Below are positions 40,495-55,265 of a DNA stretch of 64,000 bases, in pieces. Positions within the stretch are counted from its first letter, which is position 1. Every line of letters starts with the position of its first letter. A model generated the notes under the pieces. It was not told the DNA's origin, did not search any database, and saw only the letters and a program-made list of their open reading frames with translations. Source of the stretch: Botryllus schlosseri. Its lineage: Eukaryota. A program made the position numbers and the translations under genes. The stretch lies in NCBI GenBank assembly GCA_051294905.1, contig CM119372.1, positions 11,596,001-11,660,000 on the forward strand, read 5' to 3'.

Positions 40495-41459
40495 AGGGGT
40501 ACCTATGGTACCTATGGATCACTGGGACCGAAAATACTTGAAAAATTCTCCATGAAAATTGCATGATTACCCTCCATGCATTTGTCTGCAATTACATGCT
40601 GACAGAATCTTTCCTCACATGCAAAAAAATCCGACCTGCGTGAGTTATGGGGTCTGTGACGAATGATTTAAGTTTTAGGGGGTGTAAAGTAAATTTGGAT
40701 CGACATTTTCATTTTTCTATAACACCTTTCAGACTAACAAACCCGCCATAATTTTTGATGTGAAGTATAGGGCTTGTATCAGGGTATATAATGGCACATA
40801 TTTTTTGAATCAATACCATCCTCGATGGACTATTTTCAAGTAAATTTCAATATTTATGGGGTGGGGGACCTATGGTACCATAGCGAAATCAAGCAAAATA
40901 GATGGACCAACTAATCACTTAACAGCAGAAACTCGCCTACATATATATAAGCCATAAATCATAGTTACCTGTGGTGTTTTATCGCTATTACGAGGTATTT
41001 GAAAGTCAAAATGTCGATTTGCGGATAATATGTATGTGGCATTAATTTTGTAAGTTTGAGCGTAAATCAAAACATGATTTTATGCCAACATTTGAGTTGA
41101 TATAATCCATTTTATTCTTGCAGGTCGTGACGAAACATTCTTCATTGGCTTGCTGTAGCTTAGATTATAGTACACAACTAAACAAGTTAACAAATTTGAG
41201 TTTTTGAGCGTATGTCTCATAGGTCCCACGGTCGTGTGCCTTTGGACCCACCGGGTGGGGACCGATGACACGTTCGAGCAACAAATTTCAAACTCTTATA
41301 AATATTTTTTGAAAAGGCGGATATTCATGTAAATGTCCTCGATAGGTAGAGCTTGTATCGAAGTGTTGAGACCGCAAAATATCTGCTATTCTCGGCTGAA
41401 GATTTGAGGGCCAGAGATCATTTTGAAATTTTTGATCCATCGGTACCACATCTCCCCTA
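40495..41459. mobile_element. TA-flanked MITE (possibly Tc1/mariner-pogo type)
   Basis: Imperfect inverted termini TAGGGGTACCTATGGTACCTATGGAT / ATCCATCGGTACCACATCTCCCCTA, with internal GGTACC/GGGACC repeats. Confidence 0.5.
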
Positions 41460-41647
41460 CTTTTTAACCTATCACATGTTATCATGAGTGACATAAGTCA
41501 GTAGTGTAGTGAACTCACTGGAGAAGCATTGCTTCCCTGCTCGTACCTGAATCACATCATGTCTGCTTTGAGTGATTTTCTAAGACTTTATTCGTATCTG
41601 TATTCGATGCTTAATTTGTTTTACCAATTTAGACTGATCGTCTAAAT

Positions 41648-42957
41648 CAGGGGTTCTCCACCAGTGGGCCATGGCCCAGTGATGGGCCACAGGAGCATTC
41701 GGATGTGGGCCACAGAGTTATTTGGAAAATTGTAGAACTAGTGAAAGTTTAGTTATATTTCTTGTTAGGGATGGTGATGGTGATGGGGTTCACGTTCGCT
41801 TTCTGTGTGTGAACTTCACAATTTCTGTGGAAGTATAGGCCACCACCGCAACGAATAGTAAGGGATTGGGGATTTAGAACAGCTCAATAATGTTACGAGT
41901 TGGTATAAAACAGAGGTGGCCAACCTTTTCGCCAACAGGGCCAGATGAGATCTACTAACCATTGAGCGGGCCACTTGAATGTTGATGTCCGTTTTTAGTC
42001 GTCCGATAGGAACGGTCATTTGCTACCATTGTTTACTTTTTTTAACTACCGTAACATTTTTTACAGCCAGACTGTTTAGAGTCAAGTGTACCTGTTTAAT
42101 GCTGGTGTGATCAGACTAGATGACCTTCACGGCTCACTCAATTCCGTAAATTGGGCGTATTTTTAATTTTAATTTTCAGGAGGGGCACCAATACCAAAAC
42201 CAAGAATTCGAGTGACAATAAATCGCGCGAAGTGCTAAGAAAAATATAAAGTCAAATAAATATGCCACGAAATATTCTACTTCACGGTCATACACGAAAA
42301 TGTGAGTGGTGATCTACGAAAATGTGAGTGGCCCCTTGCTACGCCAGTGCGTCAGAACCGATATTTTAGTCATCAACATCCCAAAGTTCGCGGTCAAGCT
42401 AATCAAATTTTTCGTTGGTCTTGCAAGTTCACAATAACTAATTTCGAGAATTACATCACGGACCATTCAAAACCTTCTCGCGGGCCACGCGTTGGCCGCC
42501 CCTGGTCTAAAATGTCCGGCTTTGAAATCGTTGAACATAATTTAAGAGTTGCATGAATTGATTGTATCATTATATTGAATGTTCTGACATGTCAACTTCC
42601 GTACGTAAGACATATACGCGCAGCTGGCAAATAAAATTCTTTCTCCACTTCTCTTTAGTATCCCATTCACCAAAATCACGTTAAGAACATTTTGAAGCCG
42701 GCCCAGAATTGTTCCGCTATCACAGATCTATTTATTCCCCACCAGTGGAACGAAAATCCCAATCCCGCGAACTGAGTTCGTGGATTCTGGGATTAGATCA
42801 TTGTGTTTCCCAACGTGCGTGCAACCGCCGCACGGCCATAATGCACTTAGTACAAGAGTTATACGGGCTACCAGAACCGTAACTACCGTAACCCTCCCCC
42901 GACGGGGGTCCAAAATGAATTCGTAGGGCACGGCCAAAAAGAGGCCGAGAACCCCTG
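41648..42957. mobile_element. hAT Charlie-like element with nested Charlie MITE (41911-42504)
   Basis: Outer TIR CAGGGGTTCTC / GAGAACCCCTG with perfect TSD GTCTAAAT. Inner CAGAGGTGGCCAAC / GTTGGCCGCCCCTG with TSD GTATAAAA/GTCTAAAA. Confidence 0.85.
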
Positions 42958-45816
42958 GTCTAAATATTCACATACAAATGAAAATTCCCTATTGGTGGAG
43001 TGTACGGAACTTGTGTAATTCCATATTCGGTACCTAGATAAGAATTACGATATGTCACATAGCACACGTGATGCAATCCTTTGTGTCTATTATACCTCCA
43101 TAAATCATCATACGAATTAGATAATATCGTTGTGACAGGATCGGTGGATAGCGGTAAAGCGCTGACTCGTTAACACCGCGATAGATTTTAAAAATATCTA
43201 TGGAGAATGTTTCATTGTCGCAAATAATAAACCAATAGGATAACTACTGACGACACGTAATAGCAGTGTAGAAAACGGATGCCTGTGATATTCGTATTTT
43301 AATCCAGTTTCAATGGGATCTGTGATTGATTCTATTAGCTGGAGCTTGTCCGAGGCTATGTCATCTTGAAAAAGATTACCTAGGTCAGATATTCGTAATC
43401 ATTGGGTCGTGGTGCCTACCTGACTATACGTGTAGACCTTCCTACGTTCCTACGTGCACGCATAATTTGCATTAAAATGTTGTACTCGATTTATACCGTG
43501 GCATAAGTCTAAGGTAGATTCTGGTTCCGTGTGCCCTGAGTGTATATTCGCACCCGTATACCAGAGGTGGTATAAGGATGGAAACCCCCACTCTTTTCAA
43601 TAGGAGTGTGACAACGTTCTGGTTATGAAACGAAAGTGTCACTATTTGCCATTTGAAGCATATGCGAGAACAAACTCCGAACTATGCGCTATATAATCGA
43701 AATTTGTCGTGAGTCATGTCGGCGGTGTTTCCGCCAGCGCACCTGAAGTGCTCCGAGAGGATGTCACGAGTCGTATTGCTAGGGTTGCATCTGAAACAAA
43801 TGCCTTTTTGCATGTTGGGTCGGCACATGGCACACACCTATATATGCCGAACATGATTTATCAAGGATATAGTACTATTCGGGGTTAAAACATTATAGAG
43901 ATAGAGGGTTTCGGTAGTTCGCTATAGGTACGTCTTGACGCCGAAACGCACTGCACCACGCCCAGGAAGACGACGCCTAAAAACCGCCTTGTGCCTGAAG
44001 CATAAGAACCCGCATTGCCATCCCATTAACGAATATTTCAAAAGTTATGCGACACCGAACAGCAACATCAGGGCTCACACCACTTTACCAAATCCCAACT
44101 GGATACATACGACGTGACTTATTTTCCACAGGGCGGGGCCTATGCCAGATGAGTACGATATGTAACATATGCAACTGATCATTACTGGTTACCCGCTAAA
44201 AATTGCATGATACCGGACAAATATTTATCTCCGGTGATCGAAAGTAGGCCATACGGTGGTGTACATACAGAACAACTACTGAACATTTCTCTCGAACATC
44301 CTCCAACTTATAGCCACGGCAGGAACAACCTTAGTGATTTGCGCAAAGGAACGCAACACGTGTGGGTGTATACATTCTGGTGTATTCCCAAAGGCAGGAA
44401 TCTCAGCGTAGTTTAATCCTATACTTTTAAACCATCACTGAAAAAATCTCTGAGATGTTGCACCGTAAAAGGGTGCTTAATTCCATGTTGCAGAGAGCGG
44501 GCAGGTAATTCTGGTGACTTCAGCCGTGACGTCACCGTTAGAACGCTGGCATCCTGTACTTTAAAAATGGCAAGGACCGCAGTTACAACGATTTGTGGCG
44601 GTCTACTATATAGCCTGCATTTGCCTCGTTATGCTGGAACCTTGGCTGAAAAAAGGGTATATCGTTGACCACTGGATTCTGAGTTTTATTGCGTAAGAAA
44701 AAATAATAAAAGTGTCTACACTTTATCAGCACAGCGTCTGTCCTAATGACGTATTCCAAACACTTACCAACAATGTGATCTTATCAATGCCCATTGCGAA
44801 CTATCAATGCAAGATAAAATCGTCTGTTATTTCCACTTTATGTAATATTAGTCGCGAACGTGACCGATTGACTTGACTGCGATTGCCAAACAATAGTACG
44901 AAAGTTCACAGAACCTGTACTCATTTTTTCGAAATAATCGTAAGTTGACGAATACATTGCGGCATTTTTTCTCAAACAATGTTGTTCGAAATCAGGGCGC
45001 GTCTCTACTCGCAGTAGTCCAGTGGTCCTTCCCCCTGTGCCAGCCATTTTCAAAAATTTTCATCGTTTGGCGCCCGCATATTTTAAGGGCGGTACTGAAG
45101 ACGATGAAACAGAGGTTTTAATAGCTTCGGGCCCTTCGGGCTCGGAATAGAGTCACTACACTAAGAAAATATTGTGGGTTTGAATCATGCCGAATTACCA
45201 CAAGACTAATACATAATATCAGACATGTGTCTACTATGCTTGGTGGTAAAATCAATATTCGCTTACGGGCTCAGACTTATCGGGTTCGCACCCAACGTAC
45301 ACAGCCCGATTCCTACTCTGCGACTGGCGATACGGTGAAATATGTTGGATTAGGACTTCTTTTATTGCTTTGTGGATTAGTATATCAACTGAAAATGTGA
45401 TATAGACCTCAGAAATATACTCACATCGAATTCAGTTTCGAAAAAAAGGAAATATCGCACCCATTTCCTAACTTCACATGCATATACTCCAAACAAAACA
45501 ACCCATAAAATGTTACGGGGTTGTGAGACGCACCGTTAAATTGAGTGTTGCTTAAAGGTATGGCAGATTACTTATAGTCGATGTATTTCACGTGAAGCGA
45601 GACGAAAATCACAGTAATGTGATCATTTTGAGAAACAGGAATACGCAATCAGAACTTACGCTGGAATACTGCTGCACCATCTTCCCCATTCTGTCACATC
45701 GCCTCCTGAGTATATTTCTGTCCCTTTTGAGAATACAGCCTATGTTTCAAGGGTGTAGCCAGAAAAAAATTGAACGGTCCAACAATTTGATGAGGTAAAA
45801 GACGCCCCCCTTTTAA

Positions 45817-48073
45817 CCCTAGAATGCATACACGAAAAAACTTACGCTAATGCATAACAGGGGTCATTTTGACCCGCATTGTTGTTACCCACAATTGCAT
45901 TTTAAAGACATTGAATATTTTTCTTCTTGTTCTATCCTTGTCTATTACATTGCCTGTATGTATGATGACATATCTGGAGAATTTACTGCATTTTAATGAA
46001 ACAGCCGACGAAGAACAGTATAAGGAAGTAAATGAAAAAATGATAGAAAAGTCCAGAACAGCTCCCATTACAACGCATAACCTGATTGATTAACTGCATT
46101 TGTTGCATGTGATCATGGTCACGCTGAGTTCTGGACACACGGGTCTGCAATATCTTGAGCAACATTTTGCAACTTTCTTATCCTTTGCGTGTGGTCATAA
46201 CATAAGGATCACCGCTTCATCTTCTGCAACGTGTTTGCTATGTGCAGGGATTTACTTCAAAAAGCTTAGCCACGTCTTTCCAAAGCCTCTCTCGTGGCTC
46301 TGTGGAGTTGAGGAATTTTCTGTCTTCTGATCATGTGACGCAAAATGAGGCAGTTAGCAAGATCTGGTATTAAACCTCGTCGCTTTGAACTTTGTCCACT
46401 TTGATATGAGAATATACTTGTCTCAGTTGTCTGAATATGGTTTTTGGTTATATGCATTTTGAACTGCGATGTCAAACAGATCGCAGAAAAAGAACCAGAG
46501 GCCGACAGCTGGTTTGTCGTTTTCAAGTAGCCTATATGTTTGAGCCATTTGGCCAACCAAGTAAACACCGATCTTTGTCTTGTTATTGCCAGAGAAACTG
46601 TTAACAAGGAAGAAGCAACGTATTTTCTTATCAATTTGCTGCTGGTCAAAATGACCACTGTTATGCATTCTCGGGGCATTTTAATAAAATGCATTTTTCT
46701 TGTCAAACGGAAAATTTTACATAAGAACTGTTTTCACATCAGGCATGAGTATAAAAGGTTGACAAAGTCAAGAAAATCCAACAGTTAATTCGCACTATGT
46801 GCTAAGGCAGGGGTTCTCAACTTCCTTTGTATAACGGGCCGCAATTTAACTGCAAAAGACGCAGCGGGCCGCACAACATTATCACCATGTATTTTTGGGC
46901 TACTAGTAAAATTTAGGCTACTGTAGCCTATATTTTCCAGTCATATACGGGTATTTAGTGTATGTATGCATTCTAACTCATTAATAGACAGCGTTCTTAA
47001 GTTTGCAGTTGCCGTTTTTTGTGAGGATATCCAACGGCGCAAGTAAATCTATTCATTTAGCGTGCATTGCATTCGTTGCCAAGTCGGTATATGCACCTTC
47101 AAACCCTTCCACCAGAGAACCGAGGCTCTCTTTCAATGCGTGAGCGAGCAAGAATAAAATGACGCTATCTTTTTCGTTACAGAAGTCATTTTCACTCTGA
47201 GCCCTCAGTGATATGAGAAGAGAGGACGAGAAGAGTAATTTCTGAGCAAACCAATCAACCTTTCTCATTTCCTTCCCTTGCTAGAGCCCTGTACCAATAG
47301 TTACAGAAGTCAGCTTTGTCAAGTGGATGTTTTTCACTGGTCCCCGCCCCGCGTTTGCCATGTCAGGCTGTCAGCACTTCCTCTGGAAATATGTCCAGTC
47401 TGATAAATTGCACCTAGATACTTTACTATGCGATGTGTGTGGACTGTGGAGTCAGTGAATTCGTCCAAGGCTAGGCTGAAGTACTTTACGCGACGATATG
47501 TTTCAGAAAATGCGATAAAAGATCAACTGACGACTGCTCTTACTCTTGTGGTCATGGTTCAATCAGACAACTGTATCTTCGAAATTTATCATGTGGTATT
47601 GTCCTTGCTGCTAAGTTCCGGAAACAGCGAATATTCGCACAGTACGTTAAAGTTCTATTGAAGTCACACATTCTCTAGCAGATTTATTGGCTTAGCGATG
47701 TTCCAAGCAATTTTGAAGAATTTGTCTGTAACGTCGTCGCTAATTTTAACAGTGCCTCGAAGTACGGATTGCTGGGCTTGACACCTAGCTGGCAGCGTTT
47801 TTACAAGATCAGACGATATGTATAACTCTAGAAGAAACTGCCGGGGTATCATTTTAAGCCTCTACGCTTCGTTAAAACAACTGTTCTTCGACAAATATGG
47901 CACATCGGTTTACCATACCAATATTGTGGCAGTACAGTAATTGCGTTTATAATGAACGATGTCGCGTGCAGCAAACTAATCGTCTGCGAGCCGCGGGCTG
48001 AGAACCCCTGTGCTAAGCAGTTATGATGAATAGCACCGTTTGGGTCATTTGATCTCTGTAATGCATTCTAGGG
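45817..48073 (-). mobile_element. piggyBac-family deletion derivative with transposase C-terminal remnant
   Basis: TTAA|CCCTAGAATGCAT ... ATGCATTCTAGGG|TTAA. Minus strand retains FFFCDLFDIAVQNAY (~46495-46450) and the cysteine-rich tail KDKKVAKCCSRYCRPVCPELSVTMITCNKCS* (~46185-46090). Confidence 0.9.
46808..48010 (-). mobile_element. hAT Charlie/Buster-like element with transposase remnant, nested in the piggyBac
   Basis: TIR CAGGGGTTCTCA / TGAGAACCCCTG, TSD TGCTAAGG/TGCTAAGC. Minus-strand KYFSLALDEFTD (~47487-47452) and KLTSVT motifs of GTF2IRD2/Buster-type transposases. Confidence 0.82.
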
Positions 48074-50203
48074 TTAAAGATGTGAAAAAAGTAAAAAACT
48101 TGTGGTCTTGTACCCGTATTGGGTGATTAACACAATTTTAGGGTGATCTTTCACTCAGAGACATAATGTTACGAAAGATTATAGTGTGCCTCTACTTCCG
48201 CGCGTCATGAAGGCAGACCGTGTAAATCTTAGATATAGCGCGAGGCCCGAATTTTGTCGATAATATTAGTAATTACATATCATATAATTGCCCATGTGGT
48301 CAGTTTTACCGGTAGAGCTGAGGGGAGGTGGTGCCTTCGAAATTTTAGGACACATTAATGATATAAAATTAATTTATTATACAATTACGAAGAGATGGGC
48401 GTTGTAAGTAATTATTCTGTTGCATGTTCTTATTTCGTGACCCCCGGCTTGACCATTGGAATAGCACAAATGTACCAGAGACTGAACAAAAAGAAGAACG
48501 TCTTTAGCGAGACACACGCGATTCCAAGTTGACATTTCATCACGGGTGCGGCATTTTCTCCGATTGCCAAGACAGGACTATTCGGTGCCGACCATTTGGG
48601 AACGTATAAACAACTGACAATCGAACATGGGGCGTCAAAAAGCCTATTTCTATATATTAAACTTAATTATTTTTTCTGGCGGGATGAGATAGCCTACTCA
48701 TATTTAAATCAAGACATGTTGCATGACATTAAATCGCGCGAAGAAAAATTTCAGTTTTAATGATTATATTATTAATTTTTATTCACAAAATAATTTTGAG
48801 CCCCTATTTGAGCTCGCCCCTCATTTGGGGGTTTTGGGGTGCGACTCAGTTACGGTACTGCATATACATTTATATAGTATACACGTCATCAATACAAGAT
48901 TTATCGGTAGGGCTGATAGAAGCGGTGTCTTCAAATATTTAGAAGGTGCGCAATTATTCATATTGAGCTATGCGGTTCATACCACACGATAAGATTATTC
49001 ACGAGTTACTGGAGGGTGAGCGTCAGCGGGTCACATGTAATTTCTTATTTAGTTGAAGCATACTGTTATTTCGTGACCTCTGGAGAAAGTTGTCGTCGCT
49101 TAAAAGATGGCTCACACGTAACACAACCAATTAAAAGAGAAATGGTGGGATTCGCACGATTCCCAATTTGCATTTAATCACGGGGCGCAATATCTTTTTC
49201 CTCTGCTCGTCGCATTCGTTGCGAAGACAGGGCCATCCCGCGCGATCTTCGACCGAGGTTCTATCGCCGGCGATGTTTTGGGGATTATACTTCGCGTTAG
49301 CTAAAACATATTTGCATTAAGTGTCTTTTTGGCACCGAAAAGCTGGTGCCTAATGGTTCCGCAACAGCAGGCAGCAGTTAGATTCACTTCTGTACATCAG
49401 GCGAGTTTTTATTTAGGCCTGTTTTCAGGCCTGTTTTTTTTTCGCGAAGCGCGAAGAAAAATTTCAAGTTGATTACATCTGCTAAAAAATACTCAGCCTT
49501 ATATTAATTAACGAAAAATATAGAAGGCGCCAGGGCCCCTTTGACCCCTTCCTGGCTACGTCAATGCCTGGCTTAAAATCCTCTGTAGTATAGTCCATAC
49601 TGCTCAGACACGACTCTCCGCACATTGTACGGTCAGAATGGACGGATCCAAACCTTTCGATCGGCTCAGTAAAACAATACCAAAATGTACCTACGGGGAT
49701 ACGGTGACACTGTAATTTCGTTTCTGGCCATGAGCGAACACCATGAATGAATGGGCGGGCAATATTCGCCAGTAGCCACTGAATGGCCCCGGGAATGCTA
49801 AATATTCGACTCAAGACACACCTCAGCACCGACCCAACAATTTAGATAATCCGTGTGCATTGTACAAATTAGACCGATGTGTGTTTATTATAATCAAGTC
49901 GGCAGTGTTTTTCGTTTTGTCGGGGTTGTTCTCTCAGATGGATCTATTCTACTTTACGACGAGACTATTATATTATTCCAGCATCAGTGCAACCTGCTGA
50001 TCACATCTTCAATCCTCCTTGGATAAAAAGCTCCCAGTCCATTTTCATTCCCTTCAGCTCCATGGGTTCATTTTTCTCATTTTTACTTTACTTATACTTA
50101 TTCCGTTTATGACTGAAATGAATGGGTGTGACTAATACCGTTGACTGGTGTCTAAAAACTGTGACACGATCGAAATTAGCTAGTGTCTGGTGCTAGCGAT
50201 CAC

Positions 50204-50680
50204 TAGGGCAAGTTTTTGTTACAGTCAAATCCGTGGAAAGTTGCATCTATTTTTCACAAAAGTTCCACTGAACATTTGCCTTTTTGGACAAGCTCCTTGA
50301 AATTATTAGGGTACGAAATACTCGAATCGATCTGTATCCAAGGCACTGTAGCAAAACTCAATTCAAGAGCCTGAAAAAATTGGCCCAGTGAAAATATAAA
50401 TTTCGGCTGTCTAGCCTGAATGTACGTCAAATCAGAAAGGACCTCAAATTCAAACGACCGTGAAATGATCAAGTGATCTATTTACAAATAGTGCCAAATA
50501 TTTCCAGTAAAAAGTTAGTTGCTTGAAAAATCGAATAAACTTGCATAAAGTGTCATGAAAAATCGAAAAAAGTTGCAACATACGATTCCTTCAAACAGCT
50601 TAAAACACCATACTTCATAGCTTCAGAGCATTTAGGAAGCTGCCGGAAGCTGTAAACAAAAGTTGCAAAAACTTGCCCTA
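50204..50680. mobile_element. hAT-type MITE (TAGGGCAAGTTTTTG family)
   Basis: TIR TAGGGCAAGTTTTTG / CAAAAACTTGCCCTA, TSD GCGATCAC/GTGATCAC. Confidence 0.85.
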
Positions 50681-52325
50681 GTGATCACTGTTCAGTTTTC
50701 AGTCGTCATGGTCTTTCATAACTATAAATCCACTTCCATACTTCGAAATGTAGGCTAGGCGATATAGCCCCTACATATATAGGTCTTCAAAGTGGTCGGC
50801 GTTGCTACTGAAGTGCAATGAGAAGTATACGGCCATAAATTTCTACGCAATTACAATTAAGTAAAAGGAGCGAATTGAAGATATTTCAAAACTATTTCAA
50901 GTGGAAGTACGTGAATGGTAAAAAAGTACCAAGTAACTCCAAAAAGAACATTTGGTCTGGGGCTCACATACTTTTGGCATTCAATCCGAGGTGCCTACTG
51001 TCAGCGTTTCAAGGTGCATCTCAGCGACTAATATATTCGGTTATCATGATGCAGTGGCTGCAGTAGTGACTCGAGTCGAGTCAAATCACAAAGTCATGTC
51101 GAATTTTCAAAGAACGAGGAATGATTCATGTCATTCTATTTCGTAATATAGGATTGAAGTACAGATTGAGTCGGTATTAATTCTGAATTGTGTAACGGAT
51201 ACCGAGTTAATTGTAGGAATAGAATTCAAATATCGTTTGCCGCGCCGTTGTATACCTTATCTGACCCAAAGAAATCCAGAGAAATCCGAAAGGTGATTTA
51301 AAAATAAGGAACAAAATTTCAATGTCTGCGTTTAGGGTTAAATCTCTTGTATTCCTCAAAACGAAAGGTACCTCATATACGCTACTCGCAGTCGCAGGGC
51401 CAACGCCCCATCACGACTAAAGCAAAGAGAGTATATAAATATGACAAATTATATCGTTATTGGAGCCACTGACGTGCCATAGGGCACTGTCGCACTATAT
51501 TATGCATATAGCCTTGATAATAAAGCATTACAGTGAATCAAAAAGGTGTGGATTTGGAAGTGATATTACATGGAATTATTGAACTTGTCTGGCCCGCGAG
51601 CGATCAAAATGTTTGTATCCGGCCTGCGACCCAATTTGAATTTGACACCCCTGGACTACAGAGTCGAGCACGGTACCGTTGCAACAGCTACAGCTTCCCA
51701 CACCATGTAACACCATATGTATAGTTGATCGCCCGCGAAGCAAACCCATGGTTATTTCATATATATTTGGAGATATGTCATCAACATCCTTTCACTTCTC
51801 TAAGCTTTATTATGTCACAGGCGTTATGGTAATGAACTCCATATTGATAGGATAAGCATAAGCCACCACATAAAACCGTATGTAGCTCTGAGCTAGGGTA
51901 CGGCGCGACATGAAAAGAACCGATAATCGATCGGATATGGGGAGACCAGTCACTCCGTACATATTTTTATCATTGTGGATGGTTTGCAATGCATATGGAT
52001 GTTTTCAATATAACAGAAGGCTTTGAGAAAATTTATCGTCGTTTCTGAGAGTATAGGACATGCTAATGGTACCGTAACGAGATCTATATAGCTTTCATAA
52101 AAAATCGTTTATGCCCGATTTTTCGTTCTATTACCAGGAATTAGAAGCAAATATATATTGACTTTGCTTATAAGCCAAGGTGCTGCGTAATCAGATCGAA
52201 ATATGATTTGAATTGTGATTTACGAGGGAAATGACGTAAATGTTGAACGTGGACGCGAATATCAGAGCGTTGTGGAAAAGGTACACGAGCAAAATAACAA
52301 AAGTGTTTATCGATGGTATGCATAC

Positions 52326-52988
52326 TAGGGCTCTTCAAAAATCACTTTTTTTCTCAAATCGTACTGGCTACTTGATAAAATTGTTAGGTTACCTAATTTA
52401 AGCCTACACACAAAATTTGGTTCAATTCCAGCCAGTAACCGCTTTGCTACAGGAGAAGAAAGTTTCTATTTATTATATAAAAATAAATAATAAAAAATTT
52501 GGAAATTTTCTGTTCACCCCATGAAAGTGTTAGGCTGTCTATAGAAACTATGCTCACCAACTGTGGTTGAATTCCAACCAGTGGAAGCGGAGTTATTGCC
52601 GTCGAAAAATTTGGATTTGAATAAAATAGTATTTACGGTGACCGATTCTTTGTTTATTTATTATAGTTCTGCTCACCGTAAATACTATTTTACTCAAATC
52701 CAAATTTTTCGACGGCAATAACTCCGTTTCCACTGGTTGGAATTGAACCACATTTGGTGAGCATCGTTTCTATAGACAGCCTAACACTTTCATGGGGTGA
52801 ACAGAAAATTTTCAAATTTTTTATTATTTATTTTTATATAATAAATAGAAACTTTCTTCTCCTGTAGCAAAGCGGTTACTGGCTGGAATTGAACCAAATT
52901 TTGTGTGTAGGCTTAAATTAAGTAACCTAACAATTTTATCAAGTAGCCAGTACGATTTGAGAAAAAAAGTCATTTTTGAAGAGCCCTA
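52326..52988. mobile_element. 663-bp foldback (palindromic) MITE
   Basis: 316-bp near-identical inverted arms (52326-52641 and 52673-52988), 31-bp spacer, TAGGGCTCTTC termini, perfect 8-bp TSD ATGCATAC. Confidence 0.95.
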
Positions 52989-55265
52989 ATGCATACGCGT
53001 TAGAATTCCTGTATATCAGTGTTTCTCACAATTTTTTTTGAATCGTGTACAGCTAATTTGCATTTTGCTACACTGCGTGTTATACCACCCGCTACCTGAA
53101 TAACGTATTATAATCAGATGTACCGGTCTTTATTCGTAATTACTATAACATATCGCCAATAAATGGCAGGATAATACGATGCATCGGTTTCGTCTTCACA
53201 AGTTTGTCTGTCCGAGAGCATAACATTACTGACAGGACATCGCAGAACATATTCAGGCTCAATTAGGCGGTTCCATCTCTTAGACTTCATAAGCAAGGTC
53301 GAGAACCCTTGCTCAATACTGACACTCCCATGTCGAGGCAGGTATCTCAAGTTTTCTTTTTACATGGTTCCAATCACGGTGACCGGGCTTCGTGGTCGCG
53401 TTAGAAAGGGTTTTCATGCAGACCGCACAACGACACAAACATTATCCTCCGTATTCGATTGCGATGAATCAATACTTCATGTATTCTGGAATCTGGATTA
53501 TAGCCTAATTTCGTTTCAACATGCTTACAGTTCATCCCGCTGGGTATACCTATGAATCAGTCTGTTTGCCTTGTAGACTAGTTAGCCAATTTCCCTAGTT
53601 GCTTGGTCTTCTTCGTTGTAAAATCGTTGCAGAACCCAAGAAATTCTTACATCGGATATTTACACTTACCACTTATGCTCTCGTGTACCACAAGTGGTAC
53701 GCGTATCGCAGTTTCAGAACCACTGCTGTTTATTAGCATTATCTATATTATTGAGGCGAATTGACACAGTGGTGTAAAATCTAGTATTCGATCTAAAGAG
53801 CCTCGCTTTTTAGGGAGATATCTTCATGTAGGGGGTGTGGTACCCAAACTGGGAAGAAAATTGCCAAGTTAAGAAATTTTTATTGATGTGCGAAAACATT
53901 TTGGCCCTTGAATGGTGTATAATCCCACACTGCGTTTCGTACCTCCCTACTTCGGTACCCCAAGATTTCCATGGACCCATGGTTAAGAACCACCGCTTTA
54001 GATCAAACTCTTTAGGATACAATTTACACTGGTACTTGATTCATTCATTCCTTCTTTTTCTGATACGGTCGGAGAACTGCGTAGGTCAGGCCCGGGTAAA
54101 CTGCGACCGTGATTCGGACTGGCCAGCCGAAAGTAGTCTGGGAGTTAGAACATAAAACGTACTTTTGAATATAATATGTGCATAAAAACCATAGGCCACG
54201 TAGACTGAACCGGAAACGCGTGTACTTTGAAGCCGTCTTGTTTATTTATGTACAATTGTACAGTGAATAGCCTATTAGCCTACGTGGGCCGCACGCTTAA
54301 AAGAAAGTAAATGTAGCACACTATGCCGTAACAATTAGAGTCGAATATCACGGCTTCCAGATAGTTCAATACATGTTTGCTGCCATTGTTATATTGCGAA
54401 TTACTCGGTTTGTGGTTCAAATTGTTATGTCATACGTTTCAATCCATAATCCGTAGAACAAGTCAATCAGTTCTCGTGAGTAGCGGTCACCCAAAATCGA
54501 TGAGCACTGAACTGGCATGTTAAAAATAGAGGTGAAGGCTAACATTTCAAGAAGATTTGGAGCACTAAATATTTGTTTATTTGAGTCGTAGGGAAACCCG
54601 TCATTTCAGTTAGGGGTGAGCAGGTTGTCGTGTTTAGAGATACATTTTGAATCTGCATTATGAGAAATCCGCAGTGAAATACTGACAGTCGACGGCGAAA
54701 CTCTCAAATCAAGAAGGGTAAATACCAAGCTACACACAGTTCGGGACCAAGACCTGCTTTTCAACATCGCAAATATATTTGGGCGCCACGGAATATGGTT
54801 TAAACTGTTGGCTCGGCCCGTCAACCCATTCTTTGCCTCTCATGTGGCCCGTCTGGAAAAATAATTGCCCAAACCTGGCGTAGGTAGTATTTTGCAGGAT
54901 TTAACCTGATCCGGGGTGGATATTGGCAGGATTTTTATTTTCTTGCCAAAGCCGGATTCATACGTTTTCCGATACGTTGGAGGGGGATTCCATTTTGAAG
55001 AAACAGGAACGGAGTCGGACTAGGTATTTAGGGAATTTGTCGGTCCGCCCCGCACTAGTTAGCGAGCAAAGATGAACGCGCAGCGACATCTAACGAGCCT
55101 GTACAAACCAAAAATACACTCAAGCTAGTAGAGCCGAACCTATAATTAACATTTCACCGATAATATCGAGTCGATATAACTCTTTGAAAAAATTATCGGT
55201 ATGAGCCAATCGAGAAAAAAACTATTGGCCATTTTCGTGACATCACAGCATGGTAGTATAGGCAG

